Shown here: positions 28,478-38,284 of the stretch, piece by piece | Position numbering within the stretch: the stretch's first letter is position 1 | Layout: each line of letters opens with the position of its first letter | Source of the DNA: Clostridiales bacterium | GTDB taxonomy: Bacteria; Bacillota; Clostridia; Oscillospirales; CAG-272 | Direction of reading: 5' to 3' | Length of the DNA stretch: 63,822 bases | Assembly: GCA_012522015.1 (NCBI GenBank) | Contig: JAAYLD010000066.1 | Location: forward strand, 1 to 63,822 | Translations under genes and position numbers: made by a program | Notes under the pieces: model-generated | What the model saw: only the letters and a program-made list of their open reading frames with translations | The model's database searches: none | What the model was told of the DNA's origin: nothing

Positions 28478-29491
28478 ATGACGTCAACGCTGTCATATAT
28501 TATTATTGCCACAGGCCTTGCGACGTTTATTCTTACATTTATCTTTTCAAAAAAAATAATACCGGTTCTAAAAAGCCATAAAATGGGGCAGAAGATTCTT
28601 GATATAGGGCCGAGGTGGCATAAATCGAAGGAAGGCACGCCCACAATGGGCGGAATTATCTTCATTCTTGCGTCGACTTTGTCGCTTATCGGTGCGGAGA
28701 TAGCCTTTGCCCTTGCCGGATGGGGTGTTCCGAAGCTTCTCACAGCTACGTTTGTCTACGCGCTTGCCAACGCTTTTATCGGCTGTGTTGACGACACGGC
28801 AAAGCTTATGCGCCGGCAAAACGAAGGCCTGACAGTGCGTCAGAAAATAGCACTTCAGATTTTCGTTTCACTTTTGTATATTGCAGCTCTTGTGTGGCTT
28901 AGCGGGCCTAAAACGGAGCTTTATATACCATTTGCTGACATTACTATCGACCTTGGATGGTATTATTACGCATTTGCCCTCATCCTGCTTGTCGGAATGG
29001 TCAACAGCGTCAATTTAGCTGACGGTATAGACGGGCTTGCCTCATCTGAGGTTTTCGTTGTTTCTCTCTTTTATATTGCCGCTGCATATTCCGGAAAAAA
29101 CGTGAACTCTTCGACCGATGCGGAGATAGCTCTCCTTGGCGCCGTGACAGCCGGTTGTGCCGCGGGGTTCCTTATCTACAATTTTCACCCCGCACGGGTG
29201 TTTATGGGTGATACTGGCTCCCTCTTTTTTGGAGCAATCGTTGTCGGCGGCTCCTTTATTATGGATAACCCGCTGCTCTGTGTTGTCTTTGGCTTTATGT
29301 TTGTGCTTGAATCGCTGTCGGACATTGTTCAGGTGCTTTATTTCAAGGCAACACGCGGTAAACGCTTCTTTAAAATGGCGCCGCTTCACCACCATTTTGA
29401 AAAATGCGGATGGAGCGAGAATAAAATTGTCGCTGTCTTCACACTTGCAACGGCAATTTTATGCGTTCTTTCATATTTCGGACTTGGTTAA
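28478..29491 (+). CDS. mraY: Phospho-MurNAc-pentapeptide transferase
   Basis: KEGTPTMGG, VNLADGIDGL, FMGDTGSL and MAPLHHHFE motifs. Confidence 0.97.
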   Translation: MTSTLSYIIIATGLATFILTFIFSKKIIPVLKSHKMGQKILDIGPRWHKSKEGTPTMGGIIFILASTLSLIGAEIAFALAGWGVPKLLTATFVYALANAFIGCVDDTAKLMRRQNEGLTVRQKIALQIFVSLLYIAALVWLSGPKTELYIPFADITIDLGWYYYAFALILLVGMVNSVNLADGIDGLASSEVFVVSLFYIAAAYSGKNVNSSTDAEIALLGAVTAGCAAGFLIYNFHPARVFMGDTGSLFFGAIVVGGSFIMDNPLLCVVFGFMFVLESLSDIVQVLYFKATRGKRFFKMAPLHHHFEKCGWSENKIVAVFTLATAILCVLSYFGLG

Positions 29492-29550
29492 TCATAAAAT
29501 CATACAGTAATAAAAGCATTTAAAGTAAGCGTGAGGGAGGTGACGCGAAG

Positions 29551-30969
29551 ATGAATTCAGGGCAAAAGGAAATTCAGCGCCAAAAAGCAGGGCAAAACCA
29601 AAGCCATAGACGAGTTAAAATTATAGGTACGACGTCAGCTGCAAAAAATCAGGCGAAATCAAGCTCTGGTGTTGCCGTGAAATCATACGACGCTGCGCCA
29701 CCCACAAGCGTCGGGTACGGCACTGCCCGCGCGAAAAAGACTAAAGCAAGTACTCCGCTACCAACGCAGGTAAACGCACAACAGGAGAGAGCTGTCGCGC
29801 CAACAAACGCAACGGCATCTGAGGGAAGGCGTGAATACATAAGAGTTAAAGTTGCGCCTGACAGGATAATGATAGTGCTGATATTGCTACTTGTATCCAT
29901 CGGTTCCGTTGTGGTTTTCAGTGCGAGTTATCCATATGCTTTGAGCCGAGGCCTTGACAGCTATTATTATGTCAGACGCCAGATAGTGTTTGTTGCGCTT
30001 GGGCTTTTCGTAATGGCGGTTATCATGAGGCTTCCGCATACGCTCATTAAGCGCTGTGCGCCTATTGTCTACGGCGTTGCTTTTGTCCTGCTTATTGTTG
30101 TTTTATTCATCGGCGTTTCAGAAGGTGCTGCGAGGCGATGGATATACATAAAAGGTGCTGGCATTACAATCCAACCGTCTGAGATAATGAAAGCGGGACT
30201 TGTTATGATGCTTGCTTGGTATATAGACAGGCGGGTAGAGGATATACAAAAAGGAGCGCCTACCAAGCGCAGGCTTATTTACGGAGTTATCGTTCCTGGC
30301 GCTTTCATCGTAGCCGCGTGCGGTCTTGTCCTGCTTGAAAAGCATCTCTCTGGAACCTTAATTTTATTTATAATCGGTGCCATTGTTATGTTTATAGGCG
30401 GCTCAAGTGTCGGCTGGATGTCGGTAATTTTCGGCGCGCTTGGCATATCCAGCGGGACTGCTTATCTTTTGGCAAACCCGTATGCTCTGCAGCGTGTTTT
30501 AACATTCCTTGACGAAAATGCCGATAAACTTGATGAGGAGTGGCAGACATATCAAGGGCTGCTTGCTATCGGGTCGGGCGGGCTTTTCGGGCTCGGCCTT
30601 GGTGAGAGCCGTCAAAAGTTTAGCTATATATCCCAGCCTCAAAACGACTATATTTTTACAGTTTGGTGTGAGGAGATGGGATATATAGGTGCCATCACCG
30701 TCATACTGATATTCATAGTGTTTATCTGGCGCGGTTTCACTATTGCGATGCGTGCGCCTGACACATTTTCATCGCTGACAGTATTCGGCATAATAAGCCA
30801 TGTCGCGATACAGGCGATACTTAATGTTGCTGTCGTTACGGACACGATACCTAACACGGGCATTTCGCTCCCATTTTTCTCGTACGGCGGCTCATCACTG
30901 ATTATTTTGCTGGCTGAGATGGGGGTAGTTTTGTCAATATCACGTTATTCACGGCAGCGAAAGCTGTAG
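29551..30969 (+). CDS. ftsW: SEDS peptidoglycan polymerase FtsW/SpoVE with about 100 aa N-terminal extension
   Basis: GAARRWI, IQPSEIMK, GSGGLFGLGLG, NDYIFTVWCEEMG and LPFFSYGGSS motifs. Confidence 0.95.
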   Translation: MNSGQKEIQRQKAGQNQSHRRVKIIGTTSAAKNQAKSSSGVAVKSYDAAPPTSVGYGTARAKKTKASTPLPTQVNAQQERAVAPTNATASEGRREYIRVKVAPDRIMIVLILLLVSIGSVVVFSASYPYALSRGLDSYYYVRRQIVFVALGLFVMAVIMRLPHTLIKRCAPIVYGVAFVLLIVVLFIGVSEGAARRWIYIKGAGITIQPSEIMKAGLVMMLAWYIDRRVEDIQKGAPTKRRLIYGVIVPGAFIVAACGLVLLEKHLSGTLILFIIGAIVMFIGGSSVGWMSVIFGALGISSGTAYLLANPYALQRVLTFLDENADKLDEEWQTYQGLLAIGSGGLFGLGLGESRQKFSYISQPQNDYIFTVWCEEMGYIGAITVILIFIVFIWRGFTIAMRAPDTFSSLTVFGIISHVAIQAILNVAVVTDTIPNTGISLPFFSYGGSSLIILLAEMGVVLSISRYSRQRKL

Positions 30970-31027
30970 CTTTAAACACCGCGTATGTGGGAAACACATA
31001 CGCGTACGCAATAAAATCCGAAAGGAC

Positions 31028-32179
31028 ATGCATTTATCTAAAATGAGAGTACTAATGACGGGCGGCGGGACCGGTGGACATGTTAATCCAGCAATCGCTA
31101 TCGCTGAAACGATAAAATTAAATATTCCGGGCAGTGTGATTGCTTTTGTCGGTACGCCACGCGGTATAGAAAATAAGCTTGTAAAGGCGGCGGGGTACGA
31201 ACTTTATCATGTTGATGTCCGCGGGCTGCGCCGTTCGCTTTCTTTTGCAAATTTTAAGGCGGCATACCTTGCCCTGACGTCACCCGGGCAAGCGAAAAAG
31301 ATTATCCGGAACTTTAAGCCCGATATTGTTATTGGCACAGGAGGTTATGTAAGCTGGCCGGTTCTGCGGGCGGCTGCATCGCTTGGTATACCGTCGATGA
31401 TACATGAGTCAAACGCTTATCCCGGTGTGACGACGCGTATGCTTGCCCGCCACATTGATACGATACTGCTCAATTTTGAAAAAACAGCCGAATATTTAAA
31501 ACCTCTGCGGCCGAAGAAGATGGTGCTTGTCGGAAATCCTCTTAGGAGCGGATTTTTTGCGTCGTCAGCAAAGACAGCGTCTGCAAGTGTGAGCGTATCC
31601 GACGCTAAGGAAGGTTATCAAAAAATGATACTTTCCTACGGCGGAAGCCTTGGGGCTCAGCACATAAACGAAGCTGTCCTCGCCATGATGCGCGATTATA
31701 CGAAGCATCACCCCGAAATCCTTCATATATTAGCCGCAGGGTCAATCGAGTGGGAAGATGCGAATAAGATGTTTGACGACTATGGGCTTCGCGGATATCC
31801 AAATCTGCGGCTTGTTGAGTATATTTACGATATGCCACATCGCATGGCAGCCGCTGACCTTATCATCTGCCGCGCCGGAGCAATGACGGTGTCTGAAATT
31901 GCGGCAATGCGGCGGGCGGCGATTTTTATCCCATCGCCAAACGTCACTGAGAACCATCAATACAAAAATGCCCGCGTACTTGAGGAAGCAGGCGCTGCCG
32001 TTATAATCGAGGAAAAGGATCTTACAGGAGAAAGCCTTACGGCGGTAGTGGACGCCCTTCTTAGAGATGATAAGCGGCGTCGTGCAATGGGGGATGCGGC
32101 AGGCGCTTTTGCCATTGAGGATGCTAATAAGCGAATATTCAAAGAAATATGTGCTCTCACAGGATATAAAAAACTATAA
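31028..32179 (+). CDS. murG: Undecaprenyl-PP-MurNAc-pentapeptide GlcNAc transferase
   Basis: GGGTGGHVNP, HESN, GGSLGA, CRAGAMT and ENHQYKNA motifs. Confidence 0.97.
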   Translation: MHLSKMRVLMTGGGTGGHVNPAIAIAETIKLNIPGSVIAFVGTPRGIENKLVKAAGYELYHVDVRGLRRSLSFANFKAAYLALTSPGQAKKIIRNFKPDIVIGTGGYVSWPVLRAAASLGIPSMIHESNAYPGVTTRMLARHIDTILLNFEKTAEYLKPLRPKKMVLVGNPLRSGFFASSAKTASASVSVSDAKEGYQKMILSYGGSLGAQHINEAVLAMMRDYTKHHPEILHILAAGSIEWEDANKMFDDYGLRGYPNLRLVEYIYDMPHRMAAADLIICRAGAMTVSEIAAMRRAAIFIPSPNVTENHQYKNARVLEEAGAAVIIEEKDLTGESLTAVVDALLRDDKRRRAMGDAAGAFAIEDANKRIFKEICALTGYKKL

Positions 32180-32357
32180 ATAATTATGTTGTTTTAGATA
32201 ATGAAGTGCGTTATCATCAGATTTGCGGACAAGCATAGGCGAGGCAGGCGCATTTAACAAAACACCTTTAAATTTTTTATGAGGAGGAAACTGATGTGAC
32301 GGTGCGAAAACACCACTTGGTTCGGGTGCTCTTAGCTCAAGGAAGCGCAGACAAGGT

Positions 32358-33521
32358 GTGGTGTGTACAAGCATGAGCACGGGCATGACGCGTAATATGC
32401 AAGAGCCAAATTCAGCACGAGCAAATCTGCGTATAAAATCCGTCGCACCCTCCGCAGCAGTTTGGTCAAATAAGTACGGAAACATCACCGCTAAAGGGCG
32501 GGTGAGTACTGTTCGTCCAGCTTCAACTTCCCTCCCGACAAAGGAATCAATGCGGCAGGAGGATTCACAGCACAAGAGTCTGCAACAAAAGAGAGGTCAA
32601 CAAGATGTGAAAGCAGAGTCTATATCAGCGAAACGTAAGGAAAGACTTCGCCACGATGAAAAACTAAATCGTGATGCGGAGGTGGCTGAGGCTTATATAT
32701 GGACGCGCCGCCGACGGGCTCGTGCGCGTTTATATGCAATTATAGTTATCTGTATTGCGCTCATAGCGCTGTCTTCTTATGTCATTTACAAAGGCGTTTT
32801 TGTTGTTAAAAGCATATCTGTCGAGTTGCCGGGTGACGAGGCATCTCAATATTCGGAGTTGGATATAATCGCCGCTGCCGGTATTACAGAAGGGGATGGA
32901 ATGTTTTCCTTTTCTTCTGCAAAGATAAAGCAGGCAGTGATTAGGGTGTGTCCATATATCTCCGATGTTACAATTCGCAGGAAATATCCTGACGGCATTT
33001 TGATTTCTGTCACCGAGGAAAAAGCAGTGTTTTACACAGTAATTTCAGGGCAGTATGCGCTTGTTTCACCGACATTTCGCGTCCTTGAGTTTATTGGTGG
33101 TGACGACGGTGTTGAAGATGCGGCAAGGGCGGCTGAGTATGTAAAAAACGCAGGGCTGATAAAGCTTAAATTGCCGCGTGTGACGGAGGTAATAGCCGGT
33201 TTCCCAATAAAACTTGAGGCAAGTGAAAATAACGGCGAAATGGAAGATATAGTGCTCACTGTTCTTGCAAGAGTGGCACAGGATGATTTTATTGATCGCA
33301 TCAGTGTTGTCGGAGCTACAAATCGCTTTGCTCTTTATATGGTGTGCGATTGTAAGTATAGATTTGAGCTCGGATCTGTCGACGATCTTGACGTAAAAAT
33401 GACACTTGCTGATAAAATGCTTCGCGATGAGATCTTTGCGACGGGAAATAAAGGTACGCTTTATTTATCAGATGTAACTCAGCCAAGCGTTATCATTGAC
33501 AACAGAATTGATCTTGATTAA
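32358..33521 (+). CDS. ftsQ: Cell division protein FtsQ/DivIB, start codon uncertain
   Basis: Between murG and ftsZ. Basic N-terminal tail, single TM, and a POTRA region (CPYISDVTIRRKYPDGILISVTEE). The frame is open from 32295. Confidence 0.85.
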   Translation: MVCTSMSTGMTRNMQEPNSARANLRIKSVAPSAAVWSNKYGNITAKGRVSTVRPASTSLPTKESMRQEDSQHKSLQQKRGQQDVKAESISAKRKERLRHDEKLNRDAEVAEAYIWTRRRRARARLYAIIVICIALIALSSYVIYKGVFVVKSISVELPGDEASQYSELDIIAAAGITEGDGMFSFSSAKIKQAVIRVCPYISDVTIRRKYPDGILISVTEEKAVFYTVISGQYALVSPTFRVLEFIGGDDGVEDAARAAEYVKNAGLIKLKLPRVTEVIAGFPIKLEASENNGEMEDIVLTVLARVAQDDFIDRISVVGATNRFALYMVCDCKYRFELGSVDDLDVKMTLADKMLRDEIFATGNKGTLYLSDVTQPSVIIDNRIDLD

Positions 33522-33848
33522 ATATGTTTTATAAATCAAAACGTAATTTTTACATAGAACAATCAATAATTGCGGTATTATTACAATATTTTTTCATAAA
33601 ACATATTGCAAAAAACAATAAAGTATATTATTCTATAGATAATAGTACACATTTTGTTGAAATAGGCACGCGTCTATCTCAGCAATATTAGACATATGAA
33701 TAACAAAACGCTGCGGTAACTTGTGAGCATACGATGTGTGCCGCCGTGGTGTCTTTGTTTGTAGCGGAACTAAAGTAAACTAAATTAAAATGTAAAAGAA
33801 AAGAAAAAGAAAGGCGCGCCAAAAAAACGCACCGGAGGAGAACCTAAT

Positions 33849-35162
33849 ATGGCATTTGAGCTTGACGATAGTTTTGAAAGCGGCGTAAATATAAAAGTCG
33901 TCGGCGTTGGTGGAGGCGGCAGTAACGCTGTGAACCGCATGATATCATCGCACATACGCAGCGTCGATTTTATATGTATCAACACAGACAAACAGGCTCT
34001 GCAGCAGAGCAGTGCCCAGAATAAAATTGCTATTGGTGAAAAAATAACGAAAGGCCATGGTGCCGGTGCTGATCCCGAAATCGGACGCCAGGCGGCTGAG
34101 GAAAGCATTGAGGAAATTAAAAGTGCTCTTTCCGATGCTGACATGGTGTTTATAACGACTGGTATGGGAGGCGGCACTGGAACTGGAGCCGCACCTCTCA
34201 TCGCAAAAGCGGTGAAGGAAATGAACATACTGACAATTGCCATCGTTACAAAGCCTTTTGCTTTTGAAGGAAAACGCAGAATGATGCAGGCAGAGGAAGG
34301 TATAGCAAACCTCAGCCAGTATGTTGACTCACTTGTTGTAATACCTAACGAGCGCTTAGCACAGGTGTCTGATGCGCGTATAACGCTTCTCAATGCGTTT
34401 GAAATAGCTGACGACGTGCTTCGTCATGGCGTTCAGAGCATTTCAGAGCTTATAAATGTGCCGGGTCTTGTAAACCTGGACTTTGCTGACGTATCAGCGA
34501 TAATGAAAGATGCGGGATACGCTCACATGGGCGTTGGCGAAGCGCAGGGCAAAGATAAAGCGGAGCTTGCTGCAAAAGCGGCAATATCATCTCCGCTTCT
34601 TGAGACATCCATCTCCGGCGCGCGAGGGATTCTTATCAGCATTACAGGTTCGCCCGATATCGGCCTTGATGACGTTATTCAAGCGTCGACAATGGTTGCG
34701 GCAGAAGCCCATCCGGAAGCAAACATCATCTGGGGCGCAAACTTTGATCCTTCGCTTGAAGACAAGATGAAGGTTACAATCATCGCGACCGGATTTGAAA
34801 AAAAGGATGATCCACGAGTACAGAAGCGCACAGACTCCGCTTTTGATAAGCGCGGCTCAAGTGCGGTGACTGCTGGCACAAGTGGCAGAGCTTTTGCTCC
34901 AAAATCAGAACCGGCGAAGAAGTCTCTTGCAGATATTATAGAAGAAAAACGCACAGGCAGGGATTTACGCGATATTCAAAGCCAGTCAGATATCCCTGGC
35001 GACGAGTTTGATTTAGACGAGAGTGATACTGAAACTCCACCTGAAATTGAAGAGGATATTTTAGGTGATGAAGATTTCGACGATCTAATCAGCATACTCA
35101 AAAAGCAGAAAAGACAAGAGGGCGGTTCTGCTGGTGTAAATCCGTACAAGAGAAGGTTTTAA
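33849..35162 (+). CDS. ftsZ: Cell division protein FtsZ
   Basis: VGVGGGGSNAVNRM, GMGGGTGTG, PFAFEG and NLDFADV motifs; RBS GGAGGAG. Confidence 0.99.
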   Translation: MAFELDDSFESGVNIKVVGVGGGGSNAVNRMISSHIRSVDFICINTDKQALQQSSAQNKIAIGEKITKGHGAGADPEIGRQAAEESIEEIKSALSDADMVFITTGMGGGTGTGAAPLIAKAVKEMNILTIAIVTKPFAFEGKRRMMQAEEGIANLSQYVDSLVVIPNERLAQVSDARITLLNAFEIADDVLRHGVQSISELINVPGLVNLDFADVSAIMKDAGYAHMGVGEAQGKDKAELAAKAAISSPLLETSISGARGILISITGSPDIGLDDVIQASTMVAAEAHPEANIIWGANFDPSLEDKMKVTIIATGFEKKDDPRVQKRTDSAFDKRGSSAVTAGTSGRAFAPKSEPAKKSLADIIEEKRTGRDLRDIQSQSDIPGDEFDLDESDTETPPEIEEDILGDEDFDDLISILKKQKRQEGGSAGVNPYKRRF

Positions 35163-35185
35163 TATTTTTTGAATTTTAATAAAGC

Positions 35186-35224
35186 AAAAACCCGGGCAAG
35201 CCAAATTGGCTTGCCCGGGTTTTA
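35186..35224. terminator. Bidirectional terminator between ftsZ and the convergent gene
   Basis: 19-bp perfect arms AAAAACCCGGGCAAGCCAA-A-TTGGCTTGCCCGGGTTTTT. Confidence 0.85.
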
Positions 35225-35254
35225 TTTTATGTTGACGATAAAGCTATTTGTTAA

Positions 35255-36028
35255 CTATGGGCTGCTGAACGATACGGAGATGTTATCAATTAGGACGGTA
35301 CCGTCTCCATATTCAATAACAGTGTAGAAAAGCGGGCGGGATGCATCGCTCTCTATATCATTTCTGAATGTACCGTTGTTTTTGAAGATTTTATATCCGA
35401 CTTTATAAACATAAGTCGTCTCGTTCGTTTCATTAGAAAAAGACTTAGAGATGTGTTTTATTTCAATGTCATATATTTTTTGAGGTGCAAATATTTCTTT
35501 ATTTTTATGATTTTTGAAATAATTCTCGGTAAAATATGAATCGTATTCTTCGTATTTACCCTCTATGACTGTCTTAAAATATCGTGCGAAAAAAGCGATC
35601 GGCGCGTCATATCTGCTGTAATCATCGTCGGTGATGTAAAACGTGTCCATCCCCTCGGTATATGCAATATACCTATTGAGATTCATGTACTCTTTGTCAT
35701 CATAAACGTTTTCCTCATAATTAGCTTCATAAAACCGAAGGCTTTTTATGCGATCAAGATAGTCTGATGTTACTTTCTTTTCATTAATCTTTTGTTCGAT
35801 ATAATTATAAAGGCTCTGAGCTGCCGGAACTCCAGCGTACCAGATAACAACAATGGCTAACATCGCGGCAAAGGTTAGTAGTATTGCGCGCTTCTGTTTT
35901 TGACGGCTGTTTTTATTGCCACCGGGCAAGGTATGTGCTGCTTCTGTGCCTTTTGTTGTGTGAAGTGTTATGTCATCGGTTGTTTTTACGAGATCGGCAG
36001 GCTTTTTATCGTTGTTAGTTTGTTTCAT
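35255..36028 (-). CDS. Hypothetical single-pass membrane protein with a Tyr/Asp-rich extracellular domain
   Basis: 257 aa ORF with a basic stretch then a TM (AILLTFAAMLAIVVIWYAGV); no family recognised. Confidence 0.75.
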   Translation of the reverse strand: MKQTNNDKKPADLVKTTDDITLHTTKGTEAAHTLPGGNKNSRQKQKRAILLTFAAMLAIVVIWYAGVPAAQSLYNYIEQKINEKKVTSDYLDRIKSLRFYEANYEENVYDDKEYMNLNRYIAYTEGMDTFYITDDDYSRYDAPIAFFARYFKTVIEGKYEEYDSYFTENYFKNHKNKEIFAPQKIYDIEIKHISKSFSNETNETTYVYKVGYKIFKNNGTFRNDIESDASRPLFYTVIEYGDGTVLIDNISVSFSSP

Positions 36029-36380
36029 CGCAATATTAAAGCTGTCCCTTCCGTTAAATTTGTATTTTATTCTATGTAATATTCCGTATATATTGGAATA
36101 TTATAACTATTGAAGTGTATTAAATTATGGACTGTGAACATAGTATACTAATATATGATATTATAACCTTGGTGAGGGATAAAATCAACGAGTTGTTGCC
36201 CTTAAGTGATGCCATATATCTACTTTAATGACATAATGTGTTGTCTTTTTTATATAGCAGATTGACAAACTGAGAGAGAAGAAAAATATAATTGCAATGT
36301 TAATAAATAACACAAATTGTTAAAGAGGAATTATATATTATAGACACTCACTCAGTTGGCTTTTCTATCTAAAATTGTTA

Positions 36381-36409
36381 TTGACAATCTATAAATATTA
36401 TAATATAAT
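36381..36409 (+). promoter_or_regulatory. Sigma-A promoter of the acyl ligase-carrier protein operon
   Basis: Perfect TTGACA-17 nt-TATAAT. Confidence 0.8.
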
Positions 36410-36423
36410 TAACAAAATTATTG

Positions 36424-36445
36424 TATATGCCCAATTGGGCACATA
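36424..36445. promoter_or_regulatory. Palindromic operator candidate
   Basis: TAT(A)TGCCCAATTGGGCA(C)ATA with a perfect 14-bp core, just downstream of the predicted +1. Confidence 0.4.
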
Positions 36446-36467
36446 ACATGTGACAGTGGAGCGAGAC

Positions 36468-38174
36468 ATGAAATTTTTAAACACATTACGTGCAGACCCG
36501 CCAAAGCAGATAACTGATCTTCGCCACCTTGTTTACAGTAGTGCGGAAAAATTTAAAGATAAAGCGATTTATTTGTATATTGAAGACGGTGTTCAAAAGG
36601 AGTTTACGTATACCGACTTAGCTCGTGATATGGACTGCCTTGGCACCGCGTTTTATGCTCTTGGGATCGGCGGTGCGAAGATTGCTGTTATCGGTGATAC
36701 CCATCCAAAATGGATAACAACATATTATGCAACTGTCAATGGTGGCGGTGTAATCGTACCTCTCGACCGCGAACTGATAATTGAGAGTATAATTGGCTTT
36801 TGCTGTGAAGCTGAGGTATCGGCGATTGTATATACGGGTTCTTTCAACAAAACGCTTGTCAGCGTGCGCGATAAAATGCCAACGGTGAAATATTTCATAC
36901 CGATTCATCCTGATGGCGAAGAAAAGTTAGATTGCGTTCGTCCTTATGACGAGCTTCTTGAACTTGGTCGCAACGAAATTGCTTCTGGAAACAACGCGTT
37001 TTTATCACATGAAATTGATATGGACGCTATGTGCGCCATCATATTCACATCGGGCACTACGGGCGCAAGCAAGGGCGCCATGCTTTCGCAGCACAACCTG
37101 ACGTCGTGTGTTAATGCGGCGTGTCGTGCGACTAAATTCGACTCTAAGAGCACGTTTGTATCTGTACTCCCGCCGCATCACACATATGAGATGGCCTGTG
37201 GTCACCTTGCGATGGCAAATATCGGCGGCACGGTGTTTATTAATGACAGCTTAAAGCACACGCTTCGAAATTTTCAAAAATTCGCTCCCAACTCGCTCAT
37301 TCTTGTCCCACTGTATCTTGAGACAATGCATAAGAAAATATGGGACGAGATACGCAAGAAAAACTTAACCGCAAAAGTTCGTGCCGCTATGCGCTTTTCA
37401 AATATGCTTTTGCGTATAGGCATAGACCGTCGGCGCGTGCTTTTCAAAAGTATACTTGATGCCTTCGGCGGAAATCTGAAGTGCATAATCAGCGGCGGAG
37501 CGCCTCTCTCACCCCATATAATACGCGATTTTTATTCGTTTGGTATTATGGTGCTCGAAGGATACGGCATCACCGAATGTTCGCCCCTTGTCTCTGTTAA
37601 CAGAGCGGACGGTGTGCGCCTGCGCAGCGTCGGAAAGCCGGTTGAAAACTGTTATGTGAAAATCGCAAAATTAGATGACAGTGATGATACGGGCGAGATT
37701 CTCGTTAAGGGTGATAATGTAATGCTTGGCTATTATAAAAACGAGAAAGCTACGGCAGCCGCATTTACTGAGGATGGATGGTTCCGCACAGGTGATGTTG
37801 GACACATAGATAAAGACGGTTATCTTTATATAACCGGCAGACTTAAAAACGTTATAATACTTTCAAATGGGAAGAATATATATCCTGAAGAGATAGAGGA
37901 ATACTTGAAACCTTATCCGGAGATAAAGGAATGCGTTGTAATAGGCGCTCCGAATGATAAGGGTGAGGTTGTTATAACAGCCGTTGTATATCCGGATCGC
38001 GATCTTTTCTCCGGAAAGACTGATGACGAGATACTCCTTGCTATTAAGGATATAATTAATAACGTCAACAGGCAGCTCCCATCCTTTAAGCACATTGTTA
38101 ATGTGCGTCTTCGTACAGAGGAGTTCGAGAAAAACACCTCACGCAAGATACTTAGATTTAAAATTAAGGGATAA
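36468..38174 (+). CDS. Long-chain fatty acyl-CoA/ACP ligase (ANL adenylating enzyme)
   Basis: IIFTSGTTGASKG, EGYGITECSP, WFRTGDVG, ITGRLKNVIILSNGKNIYPEEIE and terminal KNTSRKILR motifs. Confidence 0.93.
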   Translation: MKFLNTLRADPPKQITDLRHLVYSSAEKFKDKAIYLYIEDGVQKEFTYTDLARDMDCLGTAFYALGIGGAKIAVIGDTHPKWITTYYATVNGGGVIVPLDRELIIESIIGFCCEAEVSAIVYTGSFNKTLVSVRDKMPTVKYFIPIHPDGEEKLDCVRPYDELLELGRNEIASGNNAFLSHEIDMDAMCAIIFTSGTTGASKGAMLSQHNLTSCVNAACRATKFDSKSTFVSVLPPHHTYEMACGHLAMANIGGTVFINDSLKHTLRNFQKFAPNSLILVPLYLETMHKKIWDEIRKKNLTAKVRAAMRFSNMLLRIGIDRRRVLFKSILDAFGGNLKCIISGGAPLSPHIIRDFYSFGIMVLEGYGITECSPLVSVNRADGVRLRSVGKPVENCYVKIAKLDDSDDTGEILVKGDNVMLGYYKNEKATAAAFTEDGWFRTGDVGHIDKDGYLYITGRLKNVIILSNGKNIYPEEIEEYLKPYPEIKECVVIGAPNDKGEVVITAVVYPDRDLFSGKTDDEILLAIKDIINNVNRQLPSFKHIVNVRLRTEEFEKNTSRKILRFKIKG

Positions 38175-38284
38175 GCATTTTGACGTTCGACAATACGATA
38201 TTATAATTTTAGTTCTCTCTTAGGTTTCGTTTCAACCTATAATTATTAAAAAATAAATATTATAAGTAAAAAGGAGACATCAAA

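Noticed and set aside
33785-34393. Long antisense ORF over ftsZ
   Set aside because: A shadow frame of a conserved, codon-biased gene; no RBS or motif.
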